Shown in pieces: positions 1-13,019 of a DNA stretch of 64,000 bases. Every line of letters starts with the position of its first letter. Position 1 is the stretch's first letter. The stretch lies in the NCBI RefSeq assembly GCF_009914755.1, contig NC_060940.1, one strand, 5' to 3'. This DNA is from the human T2T-CHM13v2.0 reference genome, Homo sapiens. Below the pieces are notes generated by a model. The model saw only the letters and a list, made by a program, of their open reading frames with translations. It made no database searches and was not told the DNA's origin. The position numbers and the translations under genes were made by a program.

Positions 1-125
1 CCTTTCCTTCCTTCCTTCCTTCTTTCTTTCCCTCCCTCCCTCTCCTTCCTTCCTTCCTTCCTTCCTTCCTTTCCTTCTTTCCTTCCTTCCTTCCTTCCTT
101 CCTTCCTTCCTTCCTTCCTTCCTTC

Positions 126-167
<42 letters not shown>

Positions 168-195
168 CTTTTTTCTTTCCTTCTTTCTTTCTTTC
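1..195. repeat. Compound (CCTT)n/(CTTT)n microsatellite, expanded tail of the adjacent minus-strand Alu
   Basis: Runs of CCTT (12 consecutive at 81-128) then CTTT, abutting the Alu 3' end. Confidence 0.95.
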
Positions 196-477
196 TGACA
201 GAGTCTCACTCTACCACCCAGGCTGGAGTACAGTGGTGTGATCTTGGCTCACTGCAGCCTCTGCCTCCCAGGTTCAACAATTCTCCTGCCTCAGCCTCCC
301 GAGTAGCTGGGATTACAGGGGTGCACCACCATGCCTGGCTAATTTTTGTATTTTTAGTAGAGATGGGGTTTCATCATATTGGCCAGGCTGGTCTCGAACT
401 CCTGACCTCAGGTGATACACCAGCCTCAGCCTCCCAAAGTGCTGACATTACGGGCATGAGCCACTGCGTCCAGGGCC
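196..477 (-). mobile_element. Alu SINE (AluS-type), full length
   Basis: Reverse-complement Alu dimer: gagtctcact...cccaggctggag...ctcccaaagtgctg...gagccac. Confidence 0.97.
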
Positions 478-639
478 TTCATTATTTCTTGAAAAGGATA
501 TAAAATACCTGCATGAGCCACATTGTAAAGAAGGGGAAATAATTGCACCAAAAACCTGGACTAAAGAAAACCATGTAGTTTTGCATAAGAATAATTTCCT
601 TTTTTATTTTTTTGTGAACTTTTCTTTTTAAAAAATACT

Positions 640-1240
640 TTTTAATTCAAAAGTTTTCAAATCCACAGTAAGGTTGAAAACGTAATATAATAAATGACCA
701 TATATCTTCATCTAGATTCACCAGTTGTTACCATCTTACTATAAACTACATCTCTTCTATACATACACACACTCTCTCTCTTTCTGTCTCCAAAAATAAT
801 TAGTAGACATCATGATATGTCCCTCCCATTAAATACTTTATCTGGCATCACCCAAGGAGAAGGACATTCTCCTCCTCAACCAGAACACCATTATCAAAGC
901 TAAGAAAATCATTAATTCAATAATGTCATCAACATACATTCCTTATTCAAGTTTCAACATTTTCAAAAGAAAGTTGTTTGGGTTTTTTTTTAATCCTGGT
1001 TTAATCAAATTCCTTGCATTTCATTGATTGTTACGTGTTTTTGTTTCTCCCAATCCAGACAAATCCCACCACTTCCCTTTGGTTTTCAGCACATTGTGTC
1101 CTTTGAAAAGCCCTTGCCAGGGTTTTGCAGAACAAGCCACATTCTGGATTTGTCTGGCCATTTTCTCCCAGTTAGATTCAGGTTAAACATTTCTTTTGCA
1201 AGAACACAGTTCCCTCCCACAGCATCACACCAGGAATGTT
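640..1240 (-). mobile_element. Old L1 3' end fragment (L1MC4/L1MC5-like)
   Basis: Motifs ctagattcaccagttgtta and aaggacattctcctcctcaaccagaacaccattatca typical of L1MC 3' ends. Confidence 0.6.
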
Positions 1241-1897
1241 ATTGGTTTCCTTTTTTTAAGAACCTCTTAATGCCTGCTCTTCCCTGTCCCACCAGCACAA
1301 CAGCAGCAATGACCACGACACCCACAACACAGCACCCATTTAGAAGATGAGAGAAGATGGTTCTTTGTGGGCAATCCCAATAGAATTGAGAAGATTTTGA
1401 AAAGGTGGTAAATAAGGTGACTCTAAATGGGTTGTAAAAAGCATGCATTTACCGACAGAGTAGCTCCAAATTATCTGATCTGATTTTTAGTTACACTTAA
1501 GGGTAAAAAAAGAATGGACTTGGGTATTTTACATGTAACATCAGATGTCTTGTAAAAATCTAATGTCTTAGAGATTTTGAGTAAAACTGAAATGTCCTTA
1601 TGATTAATGAACTGTCCATATGACTGTGGCAACTGGTTGCCATCAGCTCCTCAGTCTTCCTCAACATCTCCCCAGCTGTTCTGGAGACTCTTAAGGCAGG
1701 TGGTGTCTACCAGGTGATTTAGAATGACTCTACTCATGGGCTTTCACTCTGAACCTCTTGTCAAACCTTGGCCACAGCTGCCCCTACAAGGACCCCACTG
1801 CCCGAGCTTCCTGCCCTCAGTCGTGCACTCTGCAATCTGTTCTCTGAATCAACCCAGTCAATGATGGACCTTTCAAAGTCTCTCAGGAGTATAGTTC

Positions 1898-2190
<293 letters not shown>

Positions 2191-3800
2191 AGGAATATAG
2201 TTCTTGTTTTTAACCATCCTGCTCAAAATTAGGGTTCAAAATCAGCTCTTAACCCTCAGGGCTCAAAATCAGCTCTTTGGGGCATATAAGTATGGGAGGA
2301 GGGTGAGGCTGGTGTTATAAATTCAGAAGTCTTGCTGTCTTTCTCCACTTTCATTGTGTTCCCGTTTTCATTAATTCCTGTACCCAGAGTTTCTCTTTCC
2401 TCCAATAGCACATTATCTTCTCCCCATTAAAGCCTCTCATAGACATCACAAACAGTAGCTACTTGGAGGGCAGGGTCTTACTCACCTGTGGCCTAAGCTC
2501 ACCTTCAATACAACCAACACAATCTAATCAAGACCAGTATTCTGTTATGTGTGTTTTATTAGAAACCATTTCTTCAGGGTATATATATCCATTTCTCTAT
2601 AGATATAGACATAGTTATTACATAGGTGTAAATTAAAAGATATATTTAAAATACAAATACATGTTTTAGAATTTTATGGCCAAATATATTTGGGCATCAT
2701 TGTGTTAAACACAATTGAATACATTTTTCTGTTGTTGCAGATGCTTTAACAGAATAGTGTGCATTGTGATTCTCCAAGAAAGGGTTATTGTTGCAGCATT
2801 TCTCTACTTACTGGAACAAGAACCCTTATTTCTTGGAGGAGCTTATAGAACTACTGTCACTCCAAACCTGCTTGGGAGCATCACTTGCTTTAGGAGTTGT
2901 ACTTATAGAGGATTTCTTTAACGAGGTCAAGCTGGGACTAGGTATGTTTTAGTGTCTTGTGCCAACTGGCTGATTTTGGAAGCTAAAAGAAGAATTAGCA
3001 GGAGGGTGAATTGTCTTTTATTTAGAGTTTAAAAACAGCTCCAGGGCATGTTTACCCAATAGGTTCTGCCCTACTAGTCATTAGGAAAAAAAACTTCTTG
3101 TACTTTGTGTGTTTTTATTTTGTGATCTTTCCCTAAAGAGCCAAGAGAGATCTCTGTCATTCTATCAAAGATATGATAAAGTCTCTCTCGATTTCACCCC
3201 TTGGTTCACCATTCCTTATGGGCATCATCTATGTGAGAGACACTAAGCCCAGTTCTACGGAGGTTATGAAGGGAACAAGTCTTGTTTTCTTCTCGCAATG
3301 TTGTAATTGAAGTATAAATAGAAGCATAATTTGGGAATTACTACTTGTCCTTTCTCATCAATCACCACTCTTTAAGCGTGCCACTGGGATAATTCTAAAA
3401 GTGCTAAGTCCTTCCTCTCAATTCCTTCCCTGACAATATCTGAAAGGGTTTTAGGAAGTATAGTAATATTTGAGTTGTATGCAAATTTCCTCTGCAGGAA
3501 AACATGGAGACGGTGGCTGGGGTATCGGTTGCACACAGTCTAAACATTCCCTGCAGTCTTAATTAACCACATTTGCTTTCCTCTTGCTTCAGGCTGAGTC
3601 AGCCCAACCACCACTGAAGCCAGTTACCAGCCTGTGTGATCACGTGATGTGTGACTACATCTTGGCCTGTGATAAACGATCGTGTCTCTTGACCCACAGG
3701 AGTTTGTAACATTCTTTTAGTGTATACCGAGTCATTACTATTGCACTGAACCAAAGTAAATGAATGTCTACTGCCATTGTCATAGAAAAAGAGGAAAGAA

Positions 3801-3844
3801 GGAAGGAAGGAAGGAAGGAAGGAAGGAAGGAAGGAAGGAAGGAA
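3801..3844 (+). repeat. (GGAA)11 microsatellite
   Basis: 11 perfect GGAA units. Confidence 0.97.
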
Positions 3845-3964
3845 GGTAGGATCATCTGCTCTATATAAACTCCCCTGATCCTCCCAGGCGCAACTGAAGG
3901 ATTTGTGCTTTCACAAAGCTTTGCGTAGACCTGCGCCTGGTTGTGCATTCTTTTCAGTCAGTCA

Positions 3965-4555
3965 CTGTGGTAAGGTAGTAATTGCATGCCTGGGTTTAAA
4001 TAATGATTCAACCCTTATCAATTGGCCATGTGAATCCAGGCAAACTATTTAAACTTTGTAAACTTCTCTTGCTAAGCCCTTAACTTTGTACTGGCCTAGC
4101 CCTAACTACTCTACACATATTAACTCATTGTATCCTTTTGACAATGTTATAGGATGGTACTTCATTAACCCCAATTTACAACCAAGGCCAAGTAACGTCT
4201 CCAGGGTTGATGGGTGCATTTCCTTGTGAGGGTGAAATGAGATAGATAATCAGTGTAAAACCCTTCTTAGCACAGTGCTTGGTCCATAGTTAGCACATCA
4301 AATTATAATTTTCATTCATTAGTTTTTAAGATAAAGTTTACATAATATTATAATGTGTTAGGCGTTATTCTAAATGTTTTAGACATATCATCTCATTCAA
4401 CTCTATGAAGTAGGTATAGTTTTCATGTCCATTTCATAGATGAGGAAAGTGAGGCACAGACAGGTAAGAGATCTGCCCAAGGTCACACAGCTGTTTAGTG
4501 GTGGAGACTAAATTGCATCTCAGAAAGCCTGGCTCAGAGATCGCACTCTTAGTCT
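3965..4555. mobile_element. Cluster of MIR SINE fragments in both orientations
   Basis: MIR core, e.g. atttcatagatgaggaaagtgaggcacag...cccaaggtcacacagct (minus, about 4430-4495); plus-strand pieces at about 3965-4070 and 4220-4305. Confidence 0.75.
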
Positions 4556-5019
4556 TTATAATAAACGATCACTAATATTGTTGTTTGTTTAAGTGTCTGT
4601 AGGCACCCATTTGCCCATGACTTTGGACAGGGACTGTTTCACAGTTTGTAATTTCTGTAAGCCTATAGCCCCACCCAATCCCTGCCACCTCCCACTACCT
4701 TCACACACAGAACTGGGAGGTTCTGGGTGAATTTGTTGTCGAATACATACACATGCTAATAGTAACATATGATTTGATGAAGAAATTATTAGAAAACTCG
4801 TAGAGGTGGTAAATGTGAAATTTGTGCTTGAAATGAGAAAGCAAGTTAAGGAGGTACTGCTAAGCACAATTTCAGTGAAATGCATGCAGGAATTCCTGGG
4901 CAAGAAAATCACCGACTCCTGCTGAATCTTGGATAGAATGTTTTCTCCAGTGCATAGGAGAAACTGAGTAAGTTTAGTTCCTTTATTACATGACCTGCTC
5001 ATGTGTATCTACACTGACA

Positions 5020-5570
<551 letters not shown>

Positions 5571-6834
5571 AATGGGAGCAATTCCAGGGGTCAGTGAAGT
5601 GAGGGACAAATTTGTGATAGTTTTGGTGAGTCCTAGAGTCTTGCTGGGTGTGCATCTCTTCTTGTCAATGTTTCTCAGTTGTTGACGTCCAGCCCTCTGG
5701 TCTATGGAGTGCAGCCAAGAAAAGGAACTCAGGGTAGAGAGAGAGCCCTAATGGCAAGGTACTGTTTGCTTCTGAAAGCTGTTACTAAATACAATAGCTA
5801 TTGAATGCACAGAACATCTTTGGTGTAAATACTGACTGAGACTGAGAAAGATGTCTAAATTTACAGTACCCAAATCAGTTGTATGGCTTTACTCTAAAAT
5901 CCTCCATATTATAATTTTTCTTAGTTTCTCCTTGGATTTTAATGCTCAGAAATCTACCATCATGTTGAGATAGTGGTACAGACCATGCCATAAAAATTGT
6001 CTTTGATGCCAACGGCAGACAAATATGACTGTTTTTATTGGAGGGGGAGGGAAAATTGGCATCAGTTAGGAAGTCACTGTGTGTTCACTATCAATGACTT
6101 CAGTTCCCTCTGGTTGGCTGCTTCACAAATCCCCAAGCTCCATGAAACAACATAAAAAACAATAAAAGGGAAAAAAAGCAAGCACAGGGTGATAAAAAGG
6201 CATCCAGAAAGATTTTCATAAATGCAACAGTACTTTAACAAAAAAAGCAATTTCATGTCTACTCCAGGTAGACACATAAAATCTTATGAACAAGTACAAA
6301 GTCTCATTCATGCGGCTTTCTTGAAGATTCTTTTAAAAATTTTAAAGGAAAGGAGTTGGATTGGAGGAAAGGGGGAGAAAATGACTTTTGGGGCCATATG
6401 AGTTTGGAAATCAGGGAAAAGATTCTTTACATCTTCCCTCTTTAAAGTGTTGTGAGTCTTGAAGCTCCCAACATTAGTGGTGTCTAGACGGAGGTTGCCT
6501 TGTCACGGGGCTCATTAGTATTCATCATTAATTCATATTTTCAAAGCAACAAAGGAGAAAACAGTAGTAGGAAGAATAAGAAAATGTCAAATCCTGGGAG
6601 TAACATTTCAGTGCAGTGTTGCAACTACGGTTAGCGGAGGTTGTGCTGTTTAAAAAGTCAATCCAAACACAGGGAACAGAAGCAAGCACACTCTCTCTTT
6701 CCCACTTAATGCCAAATGCATTCTCCTAGGTCCCAGCCTGTCTCTTCCTATCGGGAAGCTTCCTTGCATCCCAACCTCACCAACCAAGTCTCTGAGTCCC
6801 CGTTGAGAAGCCTCATTTGGTAGTCATGACTGCA

Positions 6835-7066
6835 TACATTTATGAAGTGTACGTTTGTGCCAGGTGCAGTGCTTAGGGATTTATGAGGATTATCTCATTT
6901 CACTTCACAACAACCCTATGAGGTCATGGCCACATTATCCCTTATTTTACAGGCAAGGTAACTGAAGACAAAAAGGGGACGTGCCTGGCCTGGGGTCACC
7001 CAGCTGGTAAATGTCATGGCTGAGACTCAAACCCAGGTAATCTGGCTCTAGAGGCTGTGTGCATTA
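6835..7066 (-). mobile_element. MIR SINE
   Basis: tgtgccaggtgcagtgct...cacaacaaccctatgagg...ttttacag...ggtcacccagctggtaa...ctcaaacccagg. Confidence 0.85.
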
Positions 7067-7674
7067 GTGGGGGACATCTACCCTAAAGAGGACATTGCTC
7101 CTCCGGCCCCAGAGACTTCCCTTCTGAAGGCTCATTCACACCCACCCTCTTCTCCTGCTTGACATGAGCTGGTTTGGATTTTTGGTTATCAGAGTGTAGA
7201 TTGAAAAAAGACCATATATTTAGCATCATGTTTCATGGAGCCTCCTATCCACACCATGGAGGTGGAAAATAACTTAGCCCAGTGAGGTTTTTCCTCCTAC
7301 AAATATGATAATTCTCTACTTTCCTTGATGAGTGGCTATATGTAAGCTTAATATTAATATATAAGAAGCTGTATTTTCAACTACCTTTTTATAAAGTATA
7401 CATATTAGTAGGACATATGTGTTCTCTATTTTTTTTTTGTCAATTCTTATACTAGTATATATTTCCACTACTCCTAACACCATTACTCGTAACAGTTTTT
7501 CTTTACTTTTCCCATTCTCTTATTCTTCATTTTAGCAAGTGCCAAAAAACTTTCCTTGGGTGCTTATAACATGTTACGCTCCAGGCTAAGAACTGAGAGT
7601 ACAAGGATAAAAAGGGTAAGATCCATGTATTCAGTGGGGGTTTCCCAGACATGGGAATTGAAAGTTATCATAGA

Positions 7675-7895
7675 AAATAATAGCTAACATGTATTGACAC
7701 TATTTGCCATTCTGACACGTACTGCATATGTGTCTGTTCTTAATCTTTGGTTAGTTACTACTATGTCCATTTTACAGATGAAAAAACCAAGGAATAGAGA
7801 GGCTAAATCACTTGCCTGCAGACTCGTAGCTAGCAAGAAGGCAGCTAGTATTGTAGACTGAGGAATCTTGCTACAGGGTCTGGGCTCCTAACCGG
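7675..7895 (-). mobile_element. MIR SINE
   Basis: aataatagctaacatgtattg...ccattttacagatgaaaaaaccaagg...aaatcacttgcc. Confidence 0.8.
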
Positions 7896-7919
7896 TCTGC
7901 TTCAAAAGTAAATTACACA

Positions 7920-8220
7920 GACTGGGTATGGTGGCTTACATCTGTAATCCTAGCACTTTTGGAGGCCAAGGTGGGAAGATCACTTGAGGTCAGGAATTCA
8001 AGACCAGCCTGGCCAACATGGTGAAACCCCATTTCTACTAAAAATACAGAAATTAGCTGGGTGTGGTGGTGCACACCTGTAACCCCAGCTACTCAGGAGG
8101 CTGAGGCATGAGAGTCGCTTGAACCCAGGAGACAGAAGTGGGAGCGAGCTGAGATCTCACCACTGCACTTCAGCCTGGGGGACAGAGTGATTTCCTGTAT
8201 CCAAAAAAAAAAAAAAAAAA
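7920..8220 (+). mobile_element. Alu (AluS-type) with TSD
   Basis: Alu dimer plus poly-A; TSD aaagtaaattacaca / aaagtaaactacaca. Confidence 0.97.
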
Positions 8221-8346
8221 GTAAACTACACAATTATATTTAGCGAAGAGATCACTGGACTCTGCCTGCATGGCCCAGGCACAGATGGAGGTTGATATGT
8301 GAACTGGGGCTTGAGGGATAAAGGATAAGTAGAAGTTAACCAGGAA

Positions 8347-8739
<393 letters not shown>

Positions 8740-9329
8740 TTACAGAGGTTGAATATAGAATGAGGAGAGTGTGGAGGCGTAAGACTGCATGAGGTAAGGA
8801 TAGACAAAGCATGTTGTCATTTACATAGAAAAGTGACTGGACTATTTTGTGGGTAAAGGGAGTTATAGAAGGCCCTATGCAGGAATGTGCACTCACTCAA
8901 TTCTGATTAGAACATAATCTCCATGGTTCAAAATGCAAATGAAATCAGGGATGTCAATCCTTTCAGGAAATCTTTTCTGGTATTAGTTTTTATTCTTTGA
9001 GTATATTTTTTCTTTACTTATTTTGGGAAATGTCTGAGTCTATAAGAAGTAGAGTATAGTTGAGAAATACAAATCTGCTTTAGGTTGTCAGTCTAAACAA
9101 CATTTTGTACTGTCCAAGCCTGTAGGAATTAGTGCAGATGGAATAAGAGATGAGGTTAGTTGTGACCTGAGTACAGAAAACAGCCTGGAAGGTTATAGGT
9201 CCCAATAATCCCTTGAAATGTGCTTTTAAAGAAAATAATGTGTATCTCTTTCTCTTACAGATAAAGTGTAGCCAAAAGACAAACAAACCTGCTTAACTGA
9301 AGATGATCAGTTAGGATACAGGTAATTGA

Positions 9330-9580
9330 GGCCACACTGGACATACTGGTGGTGAAACAATTTATCCTGTTGTTTTAAGGTCCTTGATTTGATCTCCATG
9401 TGGATCTGTTAGTTTCAGCTAAGAGTTTTCATCTGTTGAGCCAACTCTGATTGATTTGTAGTATGTGTTTTGAGAAGTCTTCTGAGGCTTTGCCTAGGGT
9501 CAATGAGGAAGACTGCTGTAATCCACTAGTGATGTCTGCAGAGGTCATAGGCAGGGTTAGTGGTAGCACATTTGCTAAGT
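9330..9580 (+). mobile_element. Possible ancient tRNA-derived SINE (MamSINE1-like)
   Basis: aaggtccttgatttgatctccatgtggatctgttagtttc resembles the degenerate B-box region of MamSINE1; weak match. Confidence 0.3.
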
Positions 9581-9787
9581 GATTTGTATCCCTGGTCAAA
9601 AAGAACTCTGATGCAAGGTTATAGATATTTGGTGTCCTATTTTAACAGTGACCTCAAAATTTGGAGTTGGTAGAGGGGGAAAAGTAATGATGCTGCATGG
9701 ATGGTTCCCTAACACTGCCTCAGTACAGGGAACCAAACCAATGTCCATGTTCAACCCACGGTAGCACAATATGTCCACACTCATAGA

Positions 9788-10134
9788 CAACCATGCACTG
9801 TATAATGATATTTTGGTCAATGATGGACCAAATATATGGTGGTGGTCCCATAAGATTATAATTCTGTATTTTTACTGTACCTTTTCTACGTTTAGATGTG
9901 TTTAGAGTGACAAATACTATTGTGTTACAACTTCCTACAGTATTCAGCACAGTAACATGCTGTACAGGTTTGCAGCCTAGGAGCAATAGGCTATAATATA
10001 TAGCTTAGGTGTGTAATAGGCTATAACATTTAGGTTTGTGTAAGTGCACTCTACAACGTTTGCAGATGAGAGAGCCTAACAGCACATTTCTCAGAACGTA
10101 TTCCCACCCCCCGTAGTTAAGCAATGCATGATTG
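9788..10134 (+). mobile_element. Tigger3a (MER7-type) TcMar-Tigger non-autonomous DNA transposon, full length
   Basis: Colinear with the consensus (ggtggtcccataagattata...cagtaacatgctgtacaggtttg...catttctcagaacgta...gttaagc); degenerate TIRs, TA after the 3' end. Confidence 0.9.
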
Positions 10135-10954
10135 TAATTGTACAACAGATACTAGTATTGTGAGTTAACAGCCCCCGCATGTATAAATACAGAGGGACAT
10201 GGTTAAAACAATTCTGTTCAGTTAGCACAATTTGCTGAACTAGACTTTAAAACAAAATCTAATTTTAAACAGTACTCCAGTTTTCAGGATATAGCCTATT
10301 TGTTCTATGTAGCTTAAGAGGCTTACAATGTGTTTGCATCTGAAACAGGTGAAATTACTATGGGAAATTTCCTTATGGCTGTTACATAACCAGGGTCCTA
10401 CTGTCAAAAGGCTGCATGGATGGCCTCTGAGTAGCAGAGCTGAAATAAAACATTTTATAATTAGTGCATGATTCTAACAAAGGTAGACGTTAAGAATATG
10501 CTTGGGTGTTAAGGGGAAAATGATTTTTTTTTCTAGTTTATTTTGTAATTCCTAGGTTCACTCTAAGCTTTAGGTCTAAGCGAATGAAGGACAAATTCTT
10601 AAAACATAACATTTGCCTGTATTATTGCTGATTTTATCACCAGACTATAAGCTTTTCTTCTGAGAGATTTTGATTTATACACCCACCTGAATGGCATGTA
10701 ATATGATTACTACCACATCACATACAATTTTCTTGCAATTTCATATTAGGGTGGTGACAAGAAAATCAAACCTACAAACAAATGGAAAACGCTTTGCCTT
10801 CTGAGAAGTTTCAGGCAGGAGCAGAGGAGAGATTTAGTGGGAAAACGAACCTAGCAAAACACATTTTAAAATAGAATGATAGGCAAGTTTATCAATTCAA
10901 TTTACTTTGAGTCTAATTTTTTTGTGTTGGCAAAAATCCTGCCCAAGGCAATGT

Positions 10955-11110
10955 AAGAAAGAAGAGAGGGGGAGAGAGAGAGTAAGAGAGAGGGAAAGAA
11001 AGAGAAGGGAGGAAGGAAAGGCGGAAGAGAGAAAAAGAAAAAAGAGGGAGGAAGGAAGGAAGAAAGGAAGGAAAGAAGGAAGAGAGGATGGAAGGAAGGG
11101 AGGGAGGGAA
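10955..11110 (+). repeat. Purine-rich GA/GGAA low-complexity tract
   Basis: About 155 bp of almost pure purines. Confidence 0.9.
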
Positions 11111-12957
11111 GTCCAAATGGGAAATATCAGATTGAATGTAATAAAGCTGTCAATATTTGACAGATTTTGACCTACAAAAAAGACATCTTCATATGTTTCA
11201 GCCTAACAGTACTTAGTGACTTCCAAGCAGTTGGATTTAGGACATTTGCACGGACCCATCTGTGTTAACTGGCTCGGAGTCCAAGCCATGTGCAGACCGG
11301 TCTTTCCCTAATTGCATAAAGATTTTTGTATTGAGCACCTTTGAAAATAGCTCTGGCTTCCCAAGGGGCATCTTTTCTTGGTGCCTGTGACCTCTAAAGA
11401 GAAACACAAATCACAGGCAGAGAAGTAGCTGTTTAAACATCCTTTGATTTCCCCTCGTCATTTAGTAAATGCATTTAAATTAAGCTGCAGATGTTTTGCT
11501 GTCAACACAACGCTGTATTATGGTGTGTTATTTTCCTGATAGAAACATTTTATATACTGTAAATAAACACAGTTTTGTTAATTAGTTAATGAATTATTTT
11601 TTAATGCTCCATTACGCTTTAGGGAAAAAATAGCTCAAGCTATTGAAAGTTCTCATTTTTAATAAACAGACCTTGTGGTAAATATAGAATGCCTAATATC
11701 TGGCGAAATGGTAGCACTTGCAGGAATAATTATGGCACCAGCTCTCAGTTTTAAGTTATTATGTGCTGCTTAGAGTATTTTAGGCTTGGATTAAGGTTTG
11801 TTAGAAATGCCCAGGATTTACCATAAAATCTTGAAGGGAGGGAGACACTAGGGGTGTGTTTATTTATTTTATATTTTATTTTTCTTGCAACAGGGAGGTG
11901 TTTTAAACAAATGGCAAACTGAGAAATCTGCACTTCAAGTCCAACTCATCCTGAGAAATGCCAGAATTTTAGCAACAAAACAAACCCGCAAGTCTTCTTC
12001 GTTCTTGAGAGTCATGCCGTTTTCCTCCAAACAAGGACGAAAGGCTCTTTGCTTGTGGAGTGTCTCAGTCTAGCAGTAGATTGGAAAAATGTCCAAGCAG
12101 GGGACTCGAGTTCTCTCCCGGATGAGTTCATTTCAATAGTCACTGTGTTTCATCGGATGCAGCTGGTTACATTTTTAATAGGCAGATGGCTAATTTTACA
12201 GTTCCAAGCCAATCTCTCATTGGACAACATCCAGAAAGCCCGTGGTAGGGTGATGCCCAGCAGAAAGTTCAACAGGACACTTGGGGGGAACATATGCTAA
12301 TGTCAGCCCTTTTACTTAAATGTCTTTAAAAAGAATATTCAGTGCTAAGCTGAGGGATTTTCACAGACTCAAGCCTAACACCAGATGGGTGGCCAGCTAT
12401 GAAGTCCTTAGGGCCTGAGCAAATGCTCTTAATCTGGCTTGGATGGTCGGAGAATCAAATAGCACCAAACCAGTAATCTCTGAGTGATTTTTAAAAATGA
12501 CAAAGGTGTATGCACTTGCAGAAATGACCAGGCTAACTAGAGAAGCGAGTTTCTCTTAATAGAAGTCCATGGCGTTACTAAAGCCCTGTGGTCCTATGAT
12601 TACCTCGGCATCCCGACCTCCGTTTTGGGTGCCCCTCCCCATCTGACCTTTATGGAGTTACAGGAATGAATGTCCGTTTACCTCCCCCCAGGTGACAGCC
12701 CCTCGCCTCCAGGGTCAGAGAGGGCGGAATGTCTGTTGCAGTTAAGCATCCTTATTTTTAAACTGTTTGGAAATCTCTCTCTCCAAGGAGATGGCTATTT
12801 AGACATCTTAATTAAAAGGGAATTTGGAAATATCTCCCGTTTTGCAGCGCATGTAATCAAGCATTTCTTTTTCTCTGCAGAAGGACTTTGGTTGCCTCTT
12901 CACAAAAGGCTTTGAAATGTCCTAAAACAATCCCCCGCAGCTCGGGGTGGGGGTAGG

Positions 12958-12960
<3 letters not shown>

Positions 12961-13016
<56 letters not shown>
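12961..13016 (+). repeat. (GA)28 microsatellite
   Basis: Perfect dinucleotide run. Confidence 0.97.

Positions 13017-13019
<3 letters not shown>

Noticed and set aside
6256-6274. Hairpin tgtctac-tccag-gtagaca
   Set aside because: A 7-bp stem is expected by chance in 64 kb
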